Shown one piece after another: positions 50,078 to 58,988 of a stretch of DNA of 64,000 bases; within the stretch, counting starts at the first letter, position 1; every line of letters begins with the position of its first letter. Source of the stretch: a virus; IMG/VR virus record IMGVR_UViG_3300020438_004435. One strand, 5' to 3'. The position numbers and the translations under genes were made by a program. The notes under the pieces are model-generated. The model did not search any database and had not been told where the DNA came from. It was given only the letters and a program-made list of their open reading frames with translations.

Positions 50078-50284
50078 CTATTCATCAATTATACTTTTAT
50101 CATCCATAACCTTTTGATCACATTCAGCTAATACCTGATCTATAATTCTTTTATGTTCTCTTGTAGGATCATACGACCCGCCATCTGTTAATGCATTCTG
50201 TAATGCTACTCTCACTGATATCTTTGAATATCTTGGATTCCATTTTGGAATCGGTTTACTTTTAGGTCTTCCTCTTTTAGCCAT
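50078..50284 (-). CDS. Hypothetical protein with AT-hook-like N-terminus
   Basis: MAKRGRPKSK. Confidence 0.6.
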   Translation of the reverse strand: MAKRGRPKSKPIPKWNPRYSKISVRVALQNALTDGGSYDPTREHKRIIDQVLAECDQKVMDDKSIIDE

Positions 50285-50600
50285 TTATTTTCTCTTTAAT
50301 TTTTACTAGTTCTGAACACTTCTCATACTCTTCTGTCTCTACATAAAAATCAATCATTGAATCGATTAAATCATTACCATTAACATCATTATGCAAGTGT
50401 GGAAATTTTGGATTATAATCATCTGACATAGGGTTAAATAATAACGCTGTATCATTATGCTGATCTATACTACCTGGTTGCATAGATACTTTATCCATTA
50501 AACTATCCCATGTAGCTTTACCAGTTAGGATCTTATATGTATTCTCCATTGCGGATCTTAACATACGCTGATCATTTTCCATCTCTTCTATTTCATCCAT
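50277..50600 (-). CDS. Small protein with C-terminal UVR-like motif
   Basis: MIDFYVETEEYEKCSELVKIKE. Confidence 0.65.
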   Translation of the reverse strand: MDEIEEMENDQRMLRSAMENTYKILTGKATWDSLMDKVSMQPGSIDQHNDTALLFNPMSDDYNPKFPHLHNDVNGNDLIDSMIDFYVETEEYEKCSELVKIKEKING

Positions 50601-51107
50601 TTATTTAATTTTTAATTTTTTATTATTAATTTTAAGATATGTATCAACATTCATACCTTGATCTTTTATTATATGATAATATAATGACTCTGTAGTATCA
50701 TCCCAAGTATCCATTATATCTCTTACATAATCCTTTTGCACATCAAACTCATTACACAAATCTTCTACTAATGTATTAAGGTGCCTCAATTCCATTTCAT
50801 GAGCATCCTCCATAAGTCTATTATATCTCTTAATATACTTTCTTCCTATATCATGATATAATGAATCGCCCATATAATCTCTACCTTGATACTTTGATAC
50901 AAATTCCTTCTGATCATCTTCCATCCATTTCAATTCCCATTTAGCATGTTCGAATAAAGCTGGATATTCAAAATCGCCATTCTTTATCCTAGCTAATAAT
51001 CCCCTACGAGTTGGAAGATATTTATGAGGCCTAAACCTACGCCACCATGTAAATCTTGATCTATTCCTACCTGTAGGCTTTGCTGGTATCTTATTTATAT
51101 TTGCCAT
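50601..51107 (-). CDS. Hypothetical protein
   Basis: 168-aa ORF. Confidence 0.7.
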   Translation of the reverse strand: MANINKIPAKPTGRNRSRFTWWRRFRPHKYLPTRRGLLARIKNGDFEYPALFEHAKWELKWMEDDQKEFVSKYQGRDYMGDSLYHDIGRKYIKRYNRLMEDAHEMELRHLNTLVEDLCNEFDVQKDYVRDIMDTWDDTTESLYYHIIKDQGMNVDTYLKINNKKLKIK

Positions 51108-51636
51108 TCAAAAATTCTTTTTGATTATCAATAGCTTTATCTAATTCATTAACCTCATCATTTGATAAACCTAATACTTCTTCCTTTGTACTCTTAACCA
51201 TTAGATCATCCATCTTAATACTTGAATCCCAATCCTGATAATTAGTCTCCTTGAGACCTGAAAAATTATCTACTACTTCACCATCTAACATACTAGGTCC
51301 ATTCATCCAAGCTTCATCTTCATGAGGTCTAGGTACTGTAGGTAGACGAGGCTTATCCGATCTCTCTGCAAGACCATATGTATCGGTACCATCATAATAA
51401 AAATTTGTATCTCTATAAAATACAGGCCCGAAATATTCCTCTTCCGTTGTACTAACTACTGGCTGCCTATGAGCTGTCGTATGCTTTATAATTTTTCTTC
51501 TGCCTTTCCAAGATCTAAAGGTTCCAGGCAATGCTCTATGCCATACCATCTTATCCTCACTTGTCTTGAAAAGTATAAACAGAGCATCTCCAACAAACGG
51601 CTCCCATAACTTTTCTTTGCGATTATCATCACTCAT
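51091..51636 (-). CDS. Hypothetical protein
   Basis: 181-aa ORF with a promoter motif upstream. Confidence 0.7.
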   Translation of the reverse strand: MSDDNRKEKLWEPFVGDALFILFKTSEDKMVWHRALPGTFRSWKGRRKIIKHTTAHRQPVVSTTEEEYFGPVFYRDTNFYYDGTDTYGLAERSDKPRLPTVPRPHEDEAWMNGPSMLDGEVVDNFSGLKETNYQDWDSSIKMDDLMVKSTKEEVLGLSNDEVNELDKAIDNQKEFLNGKYK

Positions 51637-51689
51637 ACGATTAATTTTATTATTACTTTAATATACAAAAAATATTTGACATATCCAAA

Positions 51690-51848
51690 TTATTTAGATC
51701 TTTTATTATCTCTTGGATCACCTATTTTTGATTTGGCAGAAGCCCATGCAGATCTCTCTGCAGCAGTTAATGATTCATACCAAGCTTGCCATTCACCACC
51801 TTTAATGGTTTGAGCCTTAGCCCAAATTCTTTTTTCTAAATCATTCAT
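51690..51848 (-). CDS. Small hypothetical protein (start refined to MNDLEKRIW)
   Basis: TAATG stop-start overlap with the upstream ORF at 51848. Confidence 0.6.
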   Translation of the reverse strand: MNDLEKRIWAKAQTIKGGEWQAWYESLTAAERSAWASAKSKIGDPRDNKRSK

Positions 51849-52069
51849 TATACTATTTCTCTTTCCATCATTATTCGATCTCTCGATTTGATACGATCTA
51901 ATTTCCATTGGGCACCTGATAATGATGGTGCACCAACAGTACCACGCATGACTACATCCAATCCTAGATCTCTTGTCCAACTGACCATCCATAGGAATGA
52001 TTTCCTACGCTCTATCACATACTGAACCTTATCAGTTAAATGATTTACTTCTCTTACAATTCTATACAT
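51848..52069 (-). CDS. Hypothetical protein
   Basis: 73-aa ORF. Confidence 0.65.
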   Translation of the reverse strand: MYRIVREVNHLTDKVQYVIERRKSFLWMVSWTRDLGLDVVMRGTVGAPSLSGAQWKLDRIKSRDRIMMEREIV

Positions 52070-52070
52070 A

Positions 52071-52454
52071 TTATTCTCCTTTTTTTATATAACTATACCA
52101 CCACCCGGCTATTCCCATTATTGTTATAATGGAACCAAATGTATATACCAAAACCCATGGTGTCTTCTCTGCACCAAATAATATAGCTGGTGTTCCCATT
52201 ATGAGTAGCCATAATATGAATATCAATCCTACATTGGTTTCTAATTTCCTTTCAACCTTTACGGTTCTTTCTGTATGCATTAATCTAGCTAATGCTCCTT
52301 GCATATCTTTACCATATGCTGGTTGTGTATGAACAGTACCATCTAACTCAGCGATGGTAACCATATACTTACAGTACCCTGGATTAGCTTTGCTCCTTGA
52401 TACCAACTTACAATCAATAGCCCTACGTCTATTGTATTTACTTTTCTTTACCAT
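52071..52454 (-). CDS. Membrane protein with two C-terminal TMs
   Basis: Soluble N-domain plus two hydrophobic helices. Confidence 0.7.
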   Translation of the reverse strand: MVKKSKYNRRRAIDCKLVSRSKANPGYCKYMVTIAELDGTVHTQPAYGKDMQGALARLMHTERTVKVERKLETNVGLIFILWLLIMGTPAILFGAEKTPWVLVYTFGSIITIMGIAGWWYSYIKKGE

Positions 52455-52569
52455 AATTTTTTATTCTATATAATACATAACCTAATACTGGTGTGCCATA
52501 TAACATTGTTAACAAACTAGGATGAGGCTCACCACATAATCCTGTTGCATGTTTCAAAAATTCTATCAT
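52438..52569 (-). CDS. Small membrane peptide (43 aa, not in ORF track)
   Basis: MIEFLKHATGLCGEPHPSLLTMLYGTPVLGYVLYRIK... Confidence 0.6.
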   Translation of the reverse strand: MIEFLKHATGLCGEPHPSLLTMLYGTPVLGYVLYRIKNYGKEK

Positions 52570-52751
52570 TTGTTCTTCTTATCAAATTTATTCATATTAT
52601 CCATTAACTCCTTATTCTGATCAAAGCTAGATCCTAATGCATAACCTATTATTGAGATTAATGCTATTGAGGTACAAGCCACGACGAATACTATTCCTAT
52701 TATCTGTATCATATTATTTTCCTTTATTCATATTAATTACTTTACTCTTTT

Positions 52752-52828
52752 GTGCGGAATCCCCGATAGCCGTTCGCGCCACACTCGACAACCGTAAGCG
52801 CCGGCAAGCCGACGTCAACCATTGGGGC
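52752..52828 (-). ncRNA. Candidate GC-rich structured RNA element (strand uncertain)
   Basis: About two-thirds GC in an AT-rich genome; closing stem CCCCAATGGTTG/CGGCTATCGGGG and a CGTCGG-CTTG-CCGGCG hairpin. Confidence 0.55.
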
Positions 52829-53449
52829 TTATATATTTGTATACTTACCATCTAATGTTTTCATACTACTTTCATCTCGATTCTTGAGCCTATATTTCCT
52901 ATATGTATTATTAAGATAATGCATCATATCATTATCAATGAAATACATATCCCTAGCTAATTGTTGTTTAATATATGTGTGATTCTCTGGCTCTAACATA
53001 GAAGCTATATTAGATAGATTTCTTGCTGCAATATCATACGAGGTTTTAGATGTAAGAGGATCACCTGAATTAACATACCTGTATACTCTATTATAACATT
53101 TAATTAATTTGGGCATTACTGTATTAAATTTATATAGATGATCTTTCATAGGTATAGCATGACCTGAAAACTCTCTAAGATCTAAATCACCATTAACTAA
53201 AACATCTGTATAACGAGGATCTTCAGATAGAGGCTTATCAACCAACCTACCTTCATATTCATAAGACTTAGATATATACGTTGCGTTAGTAGTATCAAAC
53301 CAATACTGTCTACGAATAGTACTTGCATCTGATAATAAAATATCATGATCAATATCTAGATACTGTAAATCATCATTCATATGATACATTGAGATGTGAG
53401 GACCTATAGCCCAGCGACCACTCATATTATGAAAGTAAGCATCTCCCAT
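52829..53449 (-). CDS. Hypothetical protein
   Basis: 206-aa ORF. Confidence 0.65.
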   Translation of the reverse strand: MGDAYFHNMSGRWAIGPHISMYHMNDDLQYLDIDHDILLSDASTIRRQYWFDTTNATYISKSYEYEGRLVDKPLSEDPRYTDVLVNGDLDLREFSGHAIPMKDHLYKFNTVMPKLIKCYNRVYRYVNSGDPLTSKTSYDIAARNLSNIASMLEPENHTYIKQQLARDMYFIDNDMMHYLNNTYRKYRLKNRDESSMKTLDGKYTNI

Positions 53450-53450
53450 A

Positions 53451-53702
53451 CTATTGTGCTCCAGAGTCCTTTACAAGATTAGAAGCCCATCCAACTTTCT
53501 TATCCATCTCCTTGAGCATTGCTGCTTGCTTAGGATCCTTAATAATCTCGGTCTCCATATACTCTGTCTTACCAGATACTATATTCCTTAAATACCACTG
53601 GCTCGTAGTCGAGCATGCTACACAAGTAGTAGCATCAGGTATAGCTTTTATTCTACCCTCTTGGATAGGTCCTTGACATTTGTTACAATTTCTCATATTC
53701 AT
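53451..53702 (-). CDS. TraR/DksA C4-type zinc-finger protein
   Basis: CNKCQGPIQEGRIKAIPDATTCVAC matches CxxC-x3-I-x3-R-x2-A-x-P-x4-C-x2-C. Confidence 0.8.
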   Translation of the reverse strand: MNMRNCNKCQGPIQEGRIKAIPDATTCVACSTTSQWYLRNIVSGKTEYMETEIIKDPKQAAMLKEMDKKVGWASNLVKDSGAQ

Positions 53703-54134
53703 TCTTATTAATTATTTTTATATACATTATACGTTTAACGTAGAGCTATGTATGAACCCCCTATAGCAAAAAAAATGAGCTCGCTATAAAAAGCACTGTG
53801 TGGCCGATTAAATCAAAAAAGTGCCTATAGGCTATTTTATTCCTGTTCATAACTTTATGCTATTGTTCGTAAATTATTGATTGTTCATTTCTTTCTTCAT
53901 TAGGTGTTCATTTCTATAGAAAACACTGCCTATAGCATGATTTGTATAGAAAACACGCATGTCTATGCCTATATACCGTAGTATACCATAGACTATAGCC
54001 ATATATACAGAGGTAGGTCGTGTAGGGGAGAAGAACTCTCCCCCTTGACCATTGATACGAGTGCTAACGTCATATCGGATACCTATTGTGTTGTATATAT
54101 ACGTGTCTGTCATATATCTATTGTTTCCATTCAT

Positions 54135-55304
54135 TTAGCTGGCTTTTGTGTACTCCATTGAATCATCATTTTCTTCCACATTGAATAGATCCTCTTCTGT
54201 ACCATCATCACAGAACTTCTGTACGATTTGCTTAACGAATGTTCTTTCACTATCTATCCCACCGTCATTACTATACTGTGGATACATCGTTATCTCAGCG
54301 GCTTCTTCCAACTTAAATCCATCGAATAATAAGCCCGCTACTTCAACCGATGTTCTTGTGCTCACAGGTGATGACAATCGAGATTCTTCTTTATTACATT
54401 CCTGTCTTGTCATTGCCGTGATCTGAGCCACATTATCTAATGCCTTCTTATTAACCAGCGGAAACATGTATTGTAATAGATCACTCTCTTCCGTTGAAGA
54501 TAATAGATCCATTTCAATGATTGTGAACCTATCCATCAAGGCTTTATCCATTGTACGTGTAGATGTGTATTCATTCCCTATATTAGCCGTAGCTATGAAT
54601 GTAACACCATCAGCTACCTTGATTGTAGCTTGATCTTCCGCTTCATCTAATCTTAAGTATCTTTGACCACTATCTAATACAGTCATTAGTATATTCCAGG
54701 CATCGGGGTGTGCTCTAGATAACTCATCTAGCAATATTACAGCATTCTCTTGTTGTATAGCCTTTACAAACAGAGCTTCAGAGAAAGACGTTCCCGTCTC
54801 CTTATCAAATGTAACATTACCTATTAAGGTAGCCCTTGGATCTTGTGTAGCTCCAAGATTGAAATAATAATCAGGTCTATCTAAAGCATTGACTAATGCC
54901 TTCGCAGCCATGGTCTTACCACAACCAGCTGGTCCTGTCATCATTATATTCTTACCTCTCACCCCTGAGCGAATAAGATACTTCCATTTTAACTCATTCA
55001 TTTTCAAGCCTTTAGGCTTAAGATCATAACTACTATGAATCATATTCATAACAGCTAAATGTTCTTCTGGCATTTCTGAATCTGGTGTAGGCGTAGCCAC
55101 CTTATTAGCTTCAGCTTCATATTCCTTCATAGGAACCTGCTTCCACTTACCACCATCAAACCATAACGCATTACCGTTGTTTAATACTTTAGCCTTCATT
55201 TGGCTATACAATGTTCCTGGTACCTTTGTTACTACGTTACCATTAACATCCTTTACTATCGACTTTGTTGTCGAGAATTTTTCTACCTTGTAATATCCGA
55301 TCAT
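54135..55304 (-). CDS. AAA+ ATPase, MoxR/CbbQ/NorQ/CobS-type
   Basis: Walker A GPAGCGKT; Walker B ILLDELSRA; FIATANIG; ALMDRF. Confidence 0.92.
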   Translation of the reverse strand: MIGYYKVEKFSTTKSIVKDVNGNVVTKVPGTLYSQMKAKVLNNGNALWFDGGKWKQVPMKEYEAEANKVATPTPDSEMPEEHLAVMNMIHSSYDLKPKGLKMNELKWKYLIRSGVRGKNIMMTGPAGCGKTMAAKALVNALDRPDYYFNLGATQDPRATLIGNVTFDKETGTSFSEALFVKAIQQENAVILLDELSRAHPDAWNILMTVLDSGQRYLRLDEAEDQATIKVADGVTFIATANIGNEYTSTRTMDKALMDRFTIIEMDLLSSTEESDLLQYMFPLVNKKALDNVAQITAMTRQECNKEESRLSSPVSTRTSVEVAGLLFDGFKLEEAAEITMYPQYSNDGGIDSERTFVKQIVQKFCDDGTEEDLFNVEENDDSMEYTKAS

Positions 55305-55405
55305 ATTTTAATTTTTAATTATTATTCGAGGTTAGCACTCTTAATTATTTATATATAAATATACAAACTTTTTTGCGATTTTCCTACTCTTTTCTGAGTT
55401 ATTTT

Positions 55406-55864
55406 TTATAAGTTATGAACAGCTGAATTAGATAAATCAGCCTCTGTGCAGAAACTATAATCATGTTTCTCCCAATCAAACCCGACCATCATAAATCGTG
55501 TTCTAGGAACAATGCCTTTGAAGCATAAGTAACTATACTCTTCATGAAGCATCCAGTTAGCCATATTATCAAGATGATTCAGGGCTCCCTGTAATACATC
55601 ATCTAGTTCATATCCATCACCATAGCCCACGCCTTCGATAGCCATACCTATATCTCTTAAATGTTTCTCACCAATAGCTTCTAATTTCACATCATGGTCT
55701 CCATCTTCGTTCATAGCTTTATCATAATTCTCAGATAAGGCTTGTCCCATGTTACTCTTCATAGCATGTGCCACTTCATCATTGTGTTGATACATCTCTT
55801 TCGAGAATGGCTTAGTAATTTTAATTCCGTATTTTGTTTCTAGTTCTTTAGGCATGTTAATCAT
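55406..55864 (-). CDS. Hypothetical protein
   Basis: 152-aa acidic ORF with a TTCGTATCTTT promoter upstream. Confidence 0.7.
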   Translation of the reverse strand: MINMPKELETKYGIKITKPFSKEMYQHNDEVAHAMKSNMGQALSENYDKAMNEDGDHDVKLEAIGEKHLRDIGMAIEGVGYGDGYELDDVLQGALNHLDNMANWMLHEEYSYLCFKGIVPRTRFMMVGFDWEKHDYSFCTEADLSNSAVHNL

Positions 55865-56029
55865 CTTTATTATTTATAATATAAAGATACGAAAAATATA
55901 TGACTTATCCTACTAAAAAGGCATTTATTTTCAAAAAACTTTTAGAAAGTTATGAACAATAGGATTGCTCGGAAATAATCATAACTAAAAAAAGTTATGA
56001 AAAGTTATGAACTTTTAACTAGTTGATAA

Positions 56030-56545
56030 TCAAAGGTCTAACCCTGTATTACGACCAGTGACATTACCCACCATAAGGTAGTAACAATTATAACATAGGA
56101 GTCTGAGATTGTCAACATAATGGTTGGTACGATCACCATCAATATGCTCTATTAATAATGGGACCGTATAGTCGGTAACCCTACGTTCACAGAAGCCACA
56201 GTTGTCACACTTTTCTTCTAGGATAGCATTGGTGATGATCCGCTTCTTCAGATTAGATATAGGATACTCAGGATACTGACCTTCCAATATATCTTCCAAC
56301 GCATACTTGCCTTTCTTAATATTATATGGCTTACGAATCCCAGTCCCAGCTTGATTCTTATGCAATTCAAATAGGGATTGTCCAGTCTCATCATCCTTAT
56401 AAAGTTTTGCATACTTCTTATAGGTAGGATACGATACACGAAGGAACCTAGCCGCCTCCGCATTGGATTTACTATTCTCCATTGCGTAGAGCACCTTGCT
56501 CTTTAATAAATTGATAGGCTCTCTGCCTTTTCCGAATTGTCCCAT
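56030..56545 (-). CDS. HNH endonuclease with N-terminal HTH-like region
   Basis: SNAEAARFLRVSYPTYKKY; CDNC...EHIDGDRTNHYVDNLRLLCYNC. Confidence 0.85.
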   Translation of the reverse strand: MGQFGKGREPINLLKSKVLYAMENSKSNAEAARFLRVSYPTYKKYAKLYKDDETGQSLFELHKNQAGTGIRKPYNIKKGKYALEDILEGQYPEYPISNLKKRIITNAILEEKCDNCGFCERRVTDYTVPLLIEHIDGDRTNHYVDNLRLLCYNCYYLMVGNVTGRNTGLDL

Positions 56546-56811
56546 AAAAAAATTCCTCTATAAAAATTTGTTTTTCTCACATAAAATACACACGCATAGG
56601 TTGATTATATTTCAATACATGTTATATGTCTATGTTATATTATACTATGTAAATAAATATATAAATCATTAAAAAAGACATAGATCTAGAACACTGTTAT
56701 TTATTCTTATAATCTGTAAGAGTATGCAATTTATAGGCTCGGACACGCACATACCTGAGGTCTAATAGGAGATAACATTCGCGGGCCAATGATACCTTAC
56801 ACAGCTTACCC

Positions 56812-57582
56812 CTAGAATTTATAACCAAACCGATCTATATCATCTCTATATAACACCCGTACTATCTCTACTTCTTCTTCAGAATACATGTCTCTATAAT
56901 GAATATCAACCATATCTTTATTGATAAGACTTACATTATATTTATTACGTTTATTCTTATGACCTAACCTACCATTAGATTCATATCCTATACTCCTATA
57001 CACGTTCAGCATATCCGTATCAAGATTCTCGTATCTGACAATATGATAATTCTGTTCATGTTTATTATTACTACTATCTATCCACTTACATTGACTCTTC
57101 ATTGTATTATATAAAGCCGACTCATGTTCAATATCTTCCCTTTCAATATTCTTATATTCAGGTTGATTCTCTATATCTTTCAAAGATAGTTTAGGAATAA
57201 TCTTTTTATAATCCCAACTAATAGCTCGTCCATCTTCTATACGTCTTCCCTTCTCTGCAGCTCTTATTAATTTATCATATGCCTCTAGAAATTTTGAAAA
57301 CGCCCAACCTTCAGGAATTGTCTTTCCTAATTCATACCAATATATAGATACCATCCTATCCCATGGGTTTCGCACTACACAAAATTTATAATAATCTCCA
57401 TACTCGTTTTTGAGTAGCTTTCTCATGTGATTGTCATTTGCGTGTTTCCCATATGCTAAGGGAATATCTTTAGACTTAATTTCCGCAAATAACTCACACA
57501 TTCCTCTCAATTCATGATTGATAGATGATCCCGCATTCTTTGGAATATGGACGAATATAAATTTATGTTTATGTGATATCAT
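56812..57582 (-). CDS. Sulfotransferase family 2 protein
   Basis: PAPS-binding FIFVHIPKNAGSSI; FCVVRNPWDRMVS; IVRYENL. Confidence 0.88.
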   Translation of the reverse strand: MISHKHKFIFVHIPKNAGSSINHELRGMCELFAEIKSKDIPLAYGKHANDNHMRKLLKNEYGDYYKFCVVRNPWDRMVSIYWYELGKTIPEGWAFSKFLEAYDKLIRAAEKGRRIEDGRAISWDYKKIIPKLSLKDIENQPEYKNIEREDIEHESALYNTMKSQCKWIDSSNNKHEQNYHIVRYENLDTDMLNVYRSIGYESNGRLGHKNKRNKYNVSLINKDMVDIHYRDMYSEEEVEIVRVLYRDDIDRFGYKF

Positions 57583-57770
57583 TGCTTCTTCTTTACTCGT
57601 TTATTTCTCTTACTTGGATCTCTATTGAATTCTTCATAGGATTCTTTTTTCTTACGAATAATCTTTTCCTTATAAGGTCTATAATTATCCAATTCATCTC
57701 TTCTTATTTTAGGCATATTATTTAGGTAGTGTGTCTATAACTTGTAATTTTACCGGGCGTACGGTTTTCG

Positions 57771-58094
57771 TTATTCCGGCGTCTCGGTCATCTTTGTTTG
57801 GTGTCTGTATCCTACATAGTTCCATACACGATCTGCTTGGTGTTTGTAATCTACAAAGTATATTTTGAAATCTGCTTGGTGTGAGTATTTTGTATAATAT
57901 ATTCTTCCATTCCCAACCTCGTGAGAATACTTTACTAAATATACTAAATCATCTGCTTGATGTTTGTAGTCTGTAACATATATAGTCCAATCAGCTTGAT
58001 GTTTATATTGAGTAATATAAACCGTTTGACCATATGTAATTGTTATTGATAGTATTAATGATAATACTAAAATAATTCTTTTATAATTTCCCAT
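57771..58094 (-). CDS. Secreted DUF6150-like repeat protein
   Basis: Signal-like N-terminus; repeated VY(x)xxYxHQAD units. Confidence 0.65.
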   Translation of the reverse strand: MGNYKRIILVLSLILSITITYGQTVYITQYKHQADWTIYVTDYKHQADDLVYLVKYSHEVGNGRIYYTKYSHQADFKIYFVDYKHQADRVWNYVGYRHQTKMTETPE

Positions 58095-58142
58095 ATAATA
58101 AATCCAACTAGAAAGTATGTCAAACATTCAAATAATAATTTT

Positions 58143-58376
58143 TTAGTTGATGGTTTCATCGTTTCCTTTTAATATTCCTATAGCCTTTTCCATAGCTGCT
58201 ACTCTTGCTGCATTATCTTTAATGCCTTTAGCACTTTTACTTTTCTTTTGTAATTTACTATAAATGTTCATTACTTCATCAACATCCTTATTTCTTTTCA
58301 TCTTCTTTGATCCCCAAATGTAAAAGAATATCATTGTTGATATTACTCCTAATAAAAATCCAATAACATATTCCAT
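58143..58376 (-). CDS. Single-TM protein with basic tail
   Basis: N-terminal TM. Confidence 0.65.
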   Translation of the reverse strand: MEYVIGFLLGVISTMIFFYIWGSKKMKRNKDVDEVMNIYSKLQKKSKSAKGIKDNAARVAAMEKAIGILKGNDETIN

Positions 58377-58378
58377 AT

Positions 58379-58534
58379 CTATTTCTCTTTTAATTTTTCA
58401 TGATTGCAACAATTTGTTCCGCAGCAATCCTTATATTTTTCTTCGTATTTACGATTATATCTTCGATCAGTAGCCCATCTCCCCAATCCTGATAAGATTG
58501 ATACTATAAATAAAAGTATAAATAATTCTATCAT
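58379..58534 (-). CDS. Small TM protein with CC...CC tail (51 aa, not in ORF track)
   Basis: MIELFILLFIVSILSGLGRW...DCCGTNCCNHEKLKEK*. Confidence 0.55.
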   Translation of the reverse strand: MIELFILLFIVSILSGLGRWATDRRYNRKYEEKYKDCCGTNCCNHEKLKEK

Positions 58535-58535
58535 A

Positions 58536-58988
58536 TTATTCCTCTAACCATTCTATTGTACTATCATCTATATCACCATCACTATTAGTATCTAATACCT
58601 CATACCAATGTTTCATATATGCATTGATACTATCTTCTTCTCTTTGCATTTCAATAGTATCATAATATATACAATCCGGTTCTTTTGATAACATTTCCTC
58701 TTTAGTCAGTTCTCCTTGTGTTGTGCCCGTCCAATCCGTATCATTTTTATCTAGTACCATATAATTTGATAAGTGATTAGCTGGTCTAGGATCATTGGAT
58801 ATGCCTTCTGATATCTCTTTACTAAATATACATGAAATATCTATAAATGTTATTAACATAACCATAATTATTCCACCAAATGACCAAAATGCTAATTTAT
58901 ATGAGCTTTCTATTTGATCCTTTCTTTTACCTTGCCAATTATTTTTATTCTTCATCATCTTCATTTCCTTGTGGTACTGTATGGTCAT
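58536..58988 (-). CDS. Membrane-anchored acidic protein (true start probably ~58955)
   Basis: WQGKRKDQ + TM; C-terminal DTNSDGDID, EF-hand-like. Confidence 0.6.
   Translation of the reverse strand: MTIQYHKEMKMMKNKNNWQGKRKDQIESSYKLAFWSFGGIIMVMLITFIDISCIFSKEISEGISNDPRPANHLSNYMVLDKNDTDWTGTTQGELTKEEMLSKEPDCIYYDTIEMQREEDSINAYMKHWYEVLDTNSDGDIDDSTIEWLEE

Noticed and set aside
51849-51992. N-terminal extension of ORF 51690..51992
   Set aside because: It overlaps the upstream gene in another frame; the TAATG coupling at 51848 gives a cleaner start.
52752-52828. HDV-like/theta, twister, pistol or hammerhead ribozyme
   Set aside because: I could not build the required nested pseudoknot or catalytic consensus by eye; left unclassified.
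53874-54134. 86-aa ORF
   Set aside because: Non-protein-like composition over a palindrome/repeat cluster; treated as doubtful.
55333-55341. TTAGCACTC CIRCE half-site upstream of the AAA+ gene
   Set aside because: The second half-site at 9-nt spacing is absent.
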